Position numbers and translations under genes: made by a program. A DNA stretch of 64,000 nucleotides from contig OY782781.1 in the NCBI GenBank assembly GCA_963678315.1, positions 1,504,001 through 1,568,000 of the forward strand, in the 5' to 3' direction. Numbering within the stretch: the first letter of the stretch is position 1; each line of letters opens with the position of its first letter. Below the pieces are notes generated by a model that saw only the letters and a program-made list of their open reading frames with translations, was not told the origin of the DNA and searched no databases. The stretch is from Candidatus Cloacimonadales bacterium. Lineage in GTDB: Bacteria > Cloacimonadota > Cloacimonadia > Cloacimonadales > JAFGVF01. Of the stretch, positions 39,132-47,457 are shown piece by piece.

Positions 39132-39518
39132 CTAAGAAACGCTTTCATAGTAAATAGCTCTTACATGCCAGTAATTCAACAAATACTTCTCGGCTACAAT
39201 GTTTATAGCACATTTAACACTATATCCTGAACCTCTTAGTTTTCTTATTTCTTTCTTGATATACTTATTGCGTTGCAATAGCCTATTCTTACTAGCTCCA
39301 AAATTCTCAACTCTCACTCCCAACTGCTTTATCTTACGATTAGGATAAATCTTATTATGAACAGTAATCCAAGCATTCGACATCTTAACCAAAGATCTTA
39401 ACAACTTCCTATTCTCGATTTGCTCTTCTAAGAAGGCTTTTCGTAAGGCACAATCAGCTTTAATAGTATAATTACACTTTGATGCTATCTTACATTTATT
39501 CTTTAATATACAATCCAT
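39132..39518 (-). CDS. Putative Mor/C-like transcriptional activator
   Basis: C-terminal RN..I......G......VAEKY.L....V..I.Y helix-turn-helix pattern. Confidence 0.45.
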   Translation of the reverse strand: MDCILKNKCKIASKCNYTIKADCALRKAFLEEQIENRKLLRSLVKMSNAWITVHNKIYPNRKIKQLGVRVENFGASKNRLLQRNKYIKKEIRKLRGSGYSVKCAINIVAEKYLLNYWHVRAIYYESVS

Positions 39519-39592
39519 TTTTCCTCACTAATTCCCCTCCCCAGGAGGAGTGCCATCCTAAGATGGCAGGGTGTGTCATTAACTCCTAACTC

Positions 39593-40213
39593 CTAAAGGC
39601 TTGCATAATTTACGTTAATCTTCTTCCAATCGATATATACTTTCACACCTTTGCCACGGTCTTCAGATATCTCTTCACGCTTATATACTTCGGTATAGGC
39701 TCTTTTATCTATCACTTTCATATTAGAAGTTATCAGATGAACTCCTTTTTGATATTCCTGGTCCTCAAAATCATAAGAACACAGTTTTTGTAGTTGTGAT
39801 TTTGATATTGAACCAGAAGATTTTACACTAAGAACATCTTTGAGAATAGTCTTGATTTTTCTGTTTAGATTAGGTTGAAGGTTTTCAACCCAATTAGCTA
39901 TCATTTGAATACCAGAAGAAACATTAGTATCAATTGCTACAATCTCAGCAAAACGTGTTTCAACTTTGATTTGCTCATCAAAGCTATAATCACTTGCAAA
40001 ACCATTCCAAACTTTAAGTCCTGATGCTTTAGCTTTACTATTCAAATAATTCTCAGTCAGCTTTCTCTCTTTAGCTTTTGCCTTCTCCATTTGTTCAGAG
40101 ATAGACTCTCTAATAGCCATTATTTCAGTTACATAATCATGTGCTTCTAATACTTCTTTCTTCAATAAATCTGCTCTAATCTTACCATCTTTCCCATTTA
40201 AATATCTTGCCAT
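39593..40213 (-). CDS. DUF3164-like Mu early protein (start MARYLN)
   Basis: GGAGG RBS before the ATG at 40213; position in the Mu early operon; C-terminal INVNYASL. Confidence 0.55.
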   Translation of the reverse strand: MARYLNGKDGKIRADLLKKEVLEAHDYVTEIMAIRESISEQMEKAKAKERKLTENYLNSKAKASGLKVWNGFASDYSFDEQIKVETRFAEIVAIDTNVSSGIQMIANWVENLQPNLNRKIKTILKDVLSVKSSGSISKSQLQKLCSYDFEDQEYQKGVHLITSNMKVIDKRAYTEVYKREEISEDRGKGVKVYIDWKKINVNYASL

Positions 40214-40313
40214 TTTATATTGCCTCCATTTCTTATTTTGGGTTGCATTCACCGTGTCCGGCAACTGCCTGATCTTGAATGCGATTCTTCTTAAAATTCT
40301 TCATTATCTTCCT

Positions 40314-40802
40314 TTATCCGTGTTTATCTGTGCCATCCGTGGCTATTCTCTCTTCTTTCGTGTCATTAGTGTCATTAGTGTAATTAGTGGATAAATACTT
40401 CCTCAACATCACTATAACTCCACTCTTCTGCCTGCTATCAAGTGCATTCCAATGTACTATCCCATAGCGTTTTCCTATGAACTTCCTGAATCTATCATTA
40501 CTCCATCCAAGCTCTCTTAACATGCTCCAGACAAAGTCTCCCTGCTTATCAAACTGACCAATCCCATACTTAGCTCGGTAATCCTGCATACTGGGAACGC
40601 TGGCCTCCGTGCCGGCATCAATTATGCTAAGTACCTCTTGCAATCCTCTAATACTAAGCTTCCTCAATGAATCACCATATCCCCAGCTAGCCAGATACTG
40701 ATGAAACTCCTCACTAGACCAACCTTTCTCACGCTTTACCTTTATCATGATTGTCTGTCTCAATGATTTAGCATATTGCTCTTGTTTAGCTGTCATTGCC
40801 AT
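40314..40802 (-). CDS. GemA/gp16-like regulatory protein
   Basis: SLRKLS..GL..VL and W....F..FI.KRYG...LD......VI.MLR patterns; contains an in-frame palindrome. Confidence 0.6.
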   Translation of the reverse strand: MAMTAKQEQYAKSLRQTIMIKVKREKGWSSEEFHQYLASWGYGDSLRKLSIRGLQEVLSIIDAGTEASVPSMQDYRAKYGIGQFDKQGDFVWSMLRELGWSNDRFRKFIGKRYGIVHWNALDSRQKSGVIVMLRKYLSTNYTNDTNDTKEERIATDGTDKHG

Positions 40803-41256
40803 AGTTAAACTCCTCTTCCGATATACCTAACTCGGCTAATCTTTTTCTCTTATATTCTTCAAATTTTGGGTACTCAGTCTTATTAGCCTTTCTCAGTTGT
40901 GTATAGTTTCCTCTCTCTTCCATCCTATAAACTGTCCGAGTACATACTCCTAGTTCATCAGCCTTAGCCTGTACTTCAGCCTCTCTAGAACCTTCCTTAT
41001 ACACTTTTTTTGTGTTTTTAGTGCTTTTTGTGGTTAGCTTCTTTTTCTTTATTGCCTTTGGATATACATACCTATATAGTTTAGGAGTACATCCATCTCC
41101 AGTTCTTACGATTTTCCCTTCTTTCAGATACTTTTTGAGTACTCTTTGGCAGCTGCTTTTAGCAACCCCAGTATCTTCAGTTACCTGAACTAAACTAAAT
41201 GGTCTTCGTATCTGAAATATGTAATTTCTTATTATTTGCTCATTATTGTTTATCAC
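40786..41256 (-). CDS. HTH DNA-binding early protein
   Basis: Winged-HTH-like N-terminus and ADELGVCTRTVYR helix-turn-helix. Confidence 0.6.
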   Translation of the reverse strand: MINNNEQIIRNYIFQIRRPFSLVQVTEDTGVAKSSCQRVLKKYLKEGKIVRTGDGCTPKLYRYVYPKAIKKKKLTTKSTKNTKKVYKEGSREAEVQAKADELGVCTRTVYRMEERGNYTQLRKANKTEYPKFEEYKRKRLAELGISEEEFNYGNDS

Positions 41257-41332
41257 TATTCACTCTCTTCTTACTTTCTTAGTGCAACCTACTAGTTGCT
41301 TTCCTACTATTCACTCTTAATTATGAACTAAA

Positions 41333-42082
41333 TTATAGTTCGTTAGCTGCCTCTATAATATCAGATACTTCTAGTTTAGTTATACCTTTTTGCTTGCCAA
41401 TATACTCAAATTCTTTGATTATGGATTCTAATTGGTGAAGAGATCCTTTAGCCTTGTTTGCCATCATGCCATAAACATCTTTAGAAGCTGCAACTTCCAT
41501 TGATGAAACGGCTACTCCTAGCATATCAGCTAGATTTGGTACTTCAAATTGACAGAAGTTAGAACATCTATTGAAAAAGTGTGCGTTATACTTTTCTAAT
41601 CGTGCTTTTGTATCTTCTTCACCAATCATCATAATTTTTGCACCAGCAATATCTCTAAAATCTCTAATCAACTCAAGAACCTGCCACTTATGATGTTGTA
41701 TTGCTAAATTGACTTCATCAAAAATGAATACATAAGGCTCTATATCTGGACTTTGATCCCTAAGAAAACTCAACTCTCCAAATAAATCTATACAAGCCTT
41801 TGCAAGTGTTGACGATGTTCCTTTAATAGTTGTCTCATTGCCTGTTAAAGCATAGTTCAAACTTCGATATACTTCAGCTAAAAAACTTCTAGCTGTATCC
41901 ATTGTTTCAATCCTGTAATATCCCCATCCAGGTTTAGCAAAACTCTTCTTAGCAAAATGACTCTTTCCTGTTCCTGGATAACCGTATACCAATATCAGGT
42001 CTGCTCCCTTCTTGGTTAGCATCTTCTTCATTACCTTCTGCAATCGCTTAACATTTGCAGTTTCAAATAATACACTTTTCAT
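41333..42082 (-). CDS. MuB-like AAA+ transposition ATPase
   Basis: GYPGTGKS Walker A, FIFDEV Walker B, LIRDFRD; follows the transposase. Confidence 0.88.
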   Translation of the reverse strand: MKSVLFETANVKRLQKVMKKMLTKKGADLILVYGYPGTGKSHFAKKSFAKPGWGYYRIETMDTARSFLAEVYRSLNYALTGNETTIKGTSSTLAKACIDLFGELSFLRDQSPDIEPYVFIFDEVNLAIQHHKWQVLELIRDFRDIAGAKIMMIGEEDTKARLEKYNAHFFNRCSNFCQFEVPNLADMLGVAVSSMEVAASKDVYGMMANKAKGSLHQLESIIKEFEYIGKQKGITKLEVSDIIEAANEL

Positions 42083-42146
42083 CTTAACTCCTTCTCTTAA
42101 CTATTGTTTCTCATTTTTAAATTTTCATTTTTCATTGCTTAATTAT

Positions 42147-44924
42147 CTACCCAATCCCTAACTTCTTAAATGCTTCTTCATATTCTCTGTTTTTATCTTC
42201 ATCAACATGCGTTTGCTTGGCTGATTCTATCATTTCATCTGTTACAACTGGCTCTTTATTAGAAGTATCTTCAACTAGCTTATTAGCTTCTGTGATAGCA
42301 TTATCTAGAATTGAATCATCAATTGTAACATCTTCAGCTTGTGCATTAATTTTAGTTCTACTTGGTTTACCCTTATGTAGATGTAGCTTAGAAGCGTGTT
42401 TTTGGTTATTTTGAATCCTCTCCTGATCATCAATTGTGTTCTCAGAAGATTCAGCTAAAGCTCTGTGCATTCCCTTAACTGATCTTACACCATCTAAAGC
42501 ACTATAAACACTTCTTCCTATCTTCTCTCTGTGTTTAGTCTCAATATAAGATGCCATATCATCACCAACTTGAAGGGCAGGATAGACTATCTTAGCTTTC
42601 TCTTCAAAAACTTCTCCAAACTCAGATGCTATAGTAACCTCTGTTATATCTCTTTCATCATAGAAATATTGAACCTGTCTATTCTGTAGAGCCATAAACA
42701 TAGGATGTGAGTAGTATATACCATTAACAAAAATCTCTCCTCGATTAACTTTAGCCATTGATGGGTAAGGAAACTTCATTATCATATCTAACTTCTCTTT
42801 ACTGGGAACGCTGGCATCCTTGCCGGCAAGCTCTTCTGCATAAGCTTCTAATGGAGACATACTCTCACCTTTGCCATTAGTTAAAACTGATCTTTTTCGG
42901 TTGTTCCAAATCTCGATAAACTGCTTTAATAGCTCTTCATATTGTTCCCAAGTTGGGATATACTTACCATATTTCTTGATTAACTTCTTATTAGTTAATT
43001 TAAGAACTTCAGGTCTCTTTTCTATTTTGTTACCTATCCATACAGGAAAGGCTTTCTCAAATTGACTTACACAGAATCCCCAAAATGGCTCTATCATCTT
43101 ACTTTCAGGGTTACCAGGTATCGTGAATGAATAACTTATCCCTAGATTTTTATATAAACCATTGTCTCCTCTAGCTATCATCTCAAGAGCCTTCTTTTTT
43201 GATGCAGTATTTCTTTTCTTACCTGCATAAAAGTGTGGAGTGTGATTAACATTCTTATAGCCAGATCCATTATCAACTCTAATCTGTGCTGGAACTCCAA
43301 AATGCTCAATCCCATCTCTAAGCGAAGTCCTAACTACATTTTGATTCTCAGCTATACATAATGCATGGCCTGTGATAACACCAGTTGCTATATCATACCA
43401 AGCTATCAGCTGTGGCCTCACTAAAAATCTTAGTGTAGGCTTGTGAGCATAAAAAGGTGAATAAATCAAGTTATTCATTGGATGACCATCACTCTCCCAG
43501 ATATCTCCAGGCATTGCATTATTAATCCTATGAACATGTGGTCTAATCGAATCCTTGTAAGCTTTCTTACCTTTAGCTCTAGCAACAGCCATAGCATCTT
43601 TTCTCGCCTCTGTGACAATATTTAACACCGTACGTGGTGATATTGGCATCTCTTGACCTACACAGGTAAACTCTTCTTCAATCAGTCTATATATCTCAGT
43701 TGATTTGATATCCCTGAAATCTACAGCTAACTTCTTAATCTTACTTTCAAGAGAACTAGAAACAACTTTCTTCCTTCCTGAAGATCCTTTCCTGTGCTCT
43801 AACAAACTAATTGGGTATTTAGTATTACCAGAATCTCTTAAAGCCTTTTCCCACTTCTTAATTGTCTTAATTGATATAGTTACTACATCAAGCTGTTTCA
43901 TAACATTAGAAAGTATTTCACGATTGTTAAGCTTTATCTCAAAATCTCTACCTGCTTTAGTTAATGATATTTTGTTAGCTTTAGCATAATCTCTAAACTT
44001 CAAGTACTCATCAACTATTGCCTTCTTATTCCAAGCTCTATTTTTCTCTTCACTTGTGTGTATCTCAAATTCTTGTTGTTCCTTAAGTAAAACTACACTC
44101 AAAGAGTTACTACTCTTCATGATCTCTGCTTGCCACTTCATCTGAACATCTTGAGTAAATCCATCAACCTTGATATAAGTCTTAAACTTGCTAACCTTGT
44201 CTGGCATGGTTACTGCAAATAACTCTTGTGAAGAAATCTTATTGTATATAGTTCTTCTTGAATATCCTGAAAGCCCAACTGCTCGATCTATCGGAATCCA
44301 CTTCAAAGAATTTTTCAGTTCCTTCTCATCAATCCACTCAGGAGTGTCCACTTTAAGAATGTCCACTTTAAGAATGTCCACTTTAGAAGTGTCCAGTTTA
44401 GCAATGTCCAGTTTATGAGATTGTTTTTCAGAATCAGAAGTGTCCAGTTTAGATAAATTTTCTTTTCTAGTTTCGTTAGATTTTGTAAATTGGACACCCT
44501 TTTTTCCAATGTCCAGTTTAGAATTATCTTTTTTAGCAATGTCCAATTTAGCTAAAGCACTATTTTTTAGCACTTTTCCTACTTTTTGGACATTACATTT
44601 AACGCTTTTTAATGTACTTTGCACAGCCGGCTGTGCAAAACCATGTCCACTTTGATGGCTTTTCTCATTTTCTGGGACAAAAAAATTAGGTTCATGAACT
44701 AAAGTGTCCAGTTTAGAAATCTCCTCTTTTGAAGAAATATTTCTCTCTTGAGAACAGCTTCCCTCAGAAGTGTCCAATTTAGAATCATACCACACAAGTA
44801 TAGTAGGACGACCAGGACCTACCTGTTCTTCTTTAGTCTTCCAGATCCCTTTCTTAATCTGCCTTCGAATAGTCTTAACTGACTTATCTAACCTGTCAGC
44901 CACTTCTTTAATTCTTAACCACAT
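42147..44924 (-). CDS. MuA-like DDE transposase
   Basis: N-terminal HTHs; WESDGH, RVDNGSGY and PESKMIE (DDE triad); Mu-transposase C-terminal beta domain. Confidence 0.92.
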   Translation of the reverse strand: MWLRIKEVADRLDKSVKTIRRQIKKGIWKTKEEQVGPGRPTILVWYDSKLDTSEGSCSQERNISSKEEISKLDTLVHEPNFFVPENEKSHQSGHGFAQPAVQSTLKSVKCNVQKVGKVLKNSALAKLDIAKKDNSKLDIGKKGVQFTKSNETRKENLSKLDTSDSEKQSHKLDIAKLDTSKVDILKVDILKVDTPEWIDEKELKNSLKWIPIDRAVGLSGYSRRTIYNKISSQELFAVTMPDKVSKFKTYIKVDGFTQDVQMKWQAEIMKSSNSLSVVLLKEQQEFEIHTSEEKNRAWNKKAIVDEYLKFRDYAKANKISLTKAGRDFEIKLNNREILSNVMKQLDVVTISIKTIKKWEKALRDSGNTKYPISLLEHRKGSSGRKKVVSSSLESKIKKLAVDFRDIKSTEIYRLIEEEFTCVGQEMPISPRTVLNIVTEARKDAMAVARAKGKKAYKDSIRPHVHRINNAMPGDIWESDGHPMNNLIYSPFYAHKPTLRFLVRPQLIAWYDIATGVITGHALCIAENQNVVRTSLRDGIEHFGVPAQIRVDNGSGYKNVNHTPHFYAGKKRNTASKKKALEMIARGDNGLYKNLGISYSFTIPGNPESKMIEPFWGFCVSQFEKAFPVWIGNKIEKRPEVLKLTNKKLIKKYGKYIPTWEQYEELLKQFIEIWNNRKRSVLTNGKGESMSPLEAYAEELAGKDASVPSKEKLDMIMKFPYPSMAKVNRGEIFVNGIYYSHPMFMALQNRQVQYFYDERDITEVTIASEFGEVFEEKAKIVYPALQVGDDMASYIETKHREKIGRSVYSALDGVRSVKGMHRALAESSENTIDDQERIQNNQKHASKLHLHKGKPSRTKINAQAEDVTIDDSILDNAITEANKLVEDTSNKEPVVTDEMIESAKQTHVDEDKNREYEEAFKKLGIG
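44345..44782 (+). repeat. TGTCCA(G/C/A)TTT array inside the transposase gene
   Basis: Direct copies at 44345, 44360, 44375, 44390, 44405, 44441, 44510, 44540, 44644, 44705 and 44771; inverted copies at 44487 and 44587. Confidence 0.9.
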
Positions 44925-45206
44925 AACTTAACCTCTTCTCTTCTGGGTACGCAATCATCCTGGTTGCCTCTTAATGGGTTGCATTCATCTTGAATGCGAT
45001 TCATCTCTTCGATTCCCCATCTAACCACTAAACCCATTGAACAAAGTAAGCAGTCCATCTTACTTATTATAAGGAGGAGGATTTGCCGTGATAGACTGCT
45101 TACAAGTATCAAAACTATACAATTCATTCTTCCTTCTCCTTCTTATTTTTTTAGCTATTAAATAGCCATAAGAGCCTGCACCACGCATGATGCAGGTTAC
45201 TTGTGG

Positions 45207-45473
45207 TTATTTATGGTTAGAGGTTACGTGTCCTAGGTTAGCATTATTTCCTTGACCATTTAGAGATGTTATTTTATCAATTGCCTTACTTATGGATTGA
45301 GCTTGTGACTTCAGCTTGCCGGCATTAATAGTCACTTGCTCTTCTTTATGCTCCAAATCATAGTTTTTAGCTCTTAAAACGGCATTATCCTGTACCAATT
45401 CACTTATCTTTCCACTAGCTATCAAATACTCTACTATTACTACTACTGATAATATTACTACTGCTGTTGTCAT
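45207..45473 (-). CDS. Phage early membrane-anchored coiled-coil protein (start MTTAVV)
   Basis: GAGGAG RBS upstream of the ATG at 45473; TM followed by coiled coil. Confidence 0.5.
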   Translation of the reverse strand: MTTAVVILSVVVIVEYLIASGKISELVQDNAVLRAKNYDLEHKEEQVTINAGKLKSQAQSISKAIDKITSLNGQGNNANLGHVTSNHK

Positions 45474-45561
45474 AGCTATTCTCCTCTTATATATTCTGCT
45501 ATCAAATCTGCTATCCTGAACACTACCCATATTACTGGAAGCACTATTAAAACTGTTATCA

Positions 45562-45843
45562 TCATTCACCTGCCACCAGCTTGTATTGTTCTTCTGATAT
45601 TGGTTCAACAAAGCTAGGTACTTTCTGGTTGCTAGAACTAGGTTTAAACACTATTCTCCTGGTATTTACGTTATATGATAGTAATGAATTACCTTCAAAT
45701 GTCATTGATAAGACTGCACTAATACCTTTAGGAATTGCATTGAAATTTAAATTCCTAAGTATAACTTTAAAATCTGCTGTAAATTGAGACTTTACTTCAG
45801 GATCGATAATTTCATAATGTATTGTTTTATTCATTACTTTCAT
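45562..45843 (-). CDS. Phage early hypothetical protein
   Basis: Operonic ORF. Confidence 0.5.
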   Translation of the reverse strand: MKVMNKTIHYEIIDPEVKSQFTADFKVILRNLNFNAIPKGISAVLSMTFEGNSLLSYNVNTRRIVFKPSSSNQKVPSFVEPISEEQYKLVAGE

Positions 45844-46060
45844 CCTCTGTTTTTAACTCATCTATCAAGTCTTCTAAGGAGTCATCATAGGAGTTGCCAC
45901 TACCGAGTAATTGATCTATTCCATACCTTCCGTATGATTCATAATTAGCTTCTGAATCTGTTCCTTTCACAGCCTCATCTATCAAATCTTTTGCTTCTTT
46001 TATTAATTCTTGTGCTTGTCTTATCAATTCAATTCTATCTGTATTACTTAATGAATTCAT
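45827..46060 (-). CDS. Phage early acidic hypothetical protein
   Basis: AGGAG RBS; operonic. Confidence 0.6.
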   Translation of the reverse strand: MNSLSNTDRIELIRQAQELIKEAKDLIDEAVKGTDSEANYESYGRYGIDQLLGSGNSYDDSLEDLIDELKTEDESNE

Positions 46061-46068
46061 TATTGCTC

Positions 46069-46344
46069 CTAATTACTTTTCTGTTTGTTCATTGCTGTTT
46101 GATTAAATTCAATTGCTTCTGTAGGTATTTTTCTAAATTCAGTTACCCAGTCTCCTAATAGATCCCAGATAACTCTTTCTATAGTCCTATTACTACGTTT
46201 CCTATTTACAATCTTAGTGATATAGCTTGTTGAATAATCACTATCTAACACCATGTTCACATGCTCAGTTAGTATCTCCTGAGTCATACAAAATGACGCT
46301 AAAGCTGATTTTATTTCTGCAGGTTTAAACTTCTGTTTTATCAT
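46069..46344 (-). CDS. Ner/Cro-like early regulator
   Basis: First early gene, divergent from the repressor; HTH-like MTQE.L...YSTSYITKIVNR. Confidence 0.6.
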   Translation of the reverse strand: MIKQKFKPAEIKSALASFCMTQEILTEHVNMVLDSDYSTSYITKIVNRKRSNRTIERVIWDLLGDWVTEFRKIPTEAIEFNQTAMNKQKSN

Positions 46345-46415
46345 TGTAACTCACTCCTATAAATTTTTTTTCTTGACCGTTGTAACCTTTCCGGGTTAAT
46401 GTCCGATATGTGACA

Positions 46416-46440
46416 ACATTGCTCCATTATGGAACAATGT
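46416..46440. promoter_or_regulatory. Candidate repressor operator
   Basis: ACATTGCTCCA-TTA-TGGAACAATGT imperfect palindrome between divergent ner-like and cI-like genes; half-site TGGAGCA at ~46460. Confidence 0.55.
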
Positions 46441-46473
46441 CAAGAAATAATTACCGTATTGGAGCATTAAATA

Positions 46474-47205
46474 GTGAAAGAAATTGCTAATAGACTTCGT
46501 AAAGTACGACAGGAACTTGATTTAACTCAACAACAATTTTGTGATAAAATTGAAGTTTCTAGAGGTACTTTTTCTAGATATGAGAGTGGATTACGTTCAC
46601 TTCCAGATGAAGTTAAACAAAAGCTGCTCCAATTTGGAGTCAATCTGCATTGGCTTCTTACTGGTAATGGTCCAATGTTCTTAAATCAAGAATCTACTAA
46701 ACCCAAAACTAAAGTTGAAGCAAATGTTGATAGATTACAACATTATATTGATTTAGGGAAAGCCCAAGCTCATCAAGATATTAGCTTAAATTCAGAAGAT
46801 GTTAACTATAGAACTCTACCTATTACAGGAGAAATAGCAGCAGGAAACCCTATTGAAATAAGAGATGTAGATCTCCTGGGTAAGATATTAGTCTCTGCTG
46901 ATATTATTGATGATATAGCTAACTTCTACTGCTTCAGAGTAAATGGATGGAGCATGAGTCCAGAGGTTCAACACGGTGATGTTGTTATTATTAACAAGAT
47001 CTACGACTGGGAAGACCTGGACAACCGTATTGTAGCTGTCAGAATAGATGATGGAGTTACTCTCAAGGTCCTTAAACTGGATCATGACAATCAATGCTCC
47101 TGGCTTATGCCTATTAATGATGACTACAAACCTATTCTCTTAAATGAATTCAGCACCGTGGTGGTTCTCGGTGTTATGGAATTCTTAATAAGATCGTATA
47201 AATAG
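46474..47205 (+). CDS. CI/LexA-type repressor (XRE HTH + S24 peptidase)
   Basis: RLRKVRQELDLTQQQF helix-turn-helix; IAAG cleavage site, GWSM (Ser) and TLK (Lys). Confidence 0.92.
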   Translation: MKEIANRLRKVRQELDLTQQQFCDKIEVSRGTFSRYESGLRSLPDEVKQKLLQFGVNLHWLLTGNGPMFLNQESTKPKTKVEANVDRLQHYIDLGKAQAHQDISLNSEDVNYRTLPITGEIAAGNPIEIRDVDLLGKILVSADIIDDIANFYCFRVNGWSMSPEVQHGDVVIINKIYDWEDLDNRIVAVRIDDGVTLKVLKLDHDNQCSWLMPINDDYKPILLNEFSTVVVLGVMEFLIRSYK

Positions 47206-47260
47206 CATACTATAAAAGTGTTTCCAAATGGTAACACTTATCTATCATAAAGGAGGAATT

Positions 47261-47446
47261 ATGAAGACTTTGACACGAATGAATTTAATGTTATCTATTG
47301 TACTTTATTCACTTTTTGCAGTAGGTGGAGTAAGAAACAACAAATGGCTAGAGGAAACAGATAATAGCGAGATTAGACTTACGGTATCATGCTCTTATGC
47401 CATAAATACCCAGATTGATTTCTTAATTCGTAAAGTACAGTTATAA
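47261..47446 (+). CDS. Small hypothetical membrane/secreted protein
   Basis: AGGAGG RBS before MKTLT; hydrophobic N-terminus. Confidence 0.35.
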   Translation: MKTLTRMNLMLSIVLYSLFAVGGVRNNKWLEETDNSEIRLTVSCSYAINTQIDFLIRKVQL

Positions 47447-47457
47447 TTGGTTGTACA

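Larger units (their letters stand above)
24278..42827 (+). repeat. Dispersed REP-like palindrome family ACTGGGAACGCT(C)GGC-n-GCCGGC, 10 copies
   Basis: Copies start at 24278, 27190, 27226, 27741, 29244 (interrupted), 29296, 32064, 32106, 40590 and 42801; all on +. Confidence 0.9.

Noticed and set aside
44188..44655. Overlapping repetitive ORFs (MSSL/MSTL and NWTL repeats)
   Set aside because: Alternate-frame by-products of the DNA repeat array inside the transposase gene
44915..45127. 70-aa ORF upstream of the transposase
   Set aside because: The 3' half is made of palindromic repeats; no recognisable motif; coding status unsupported
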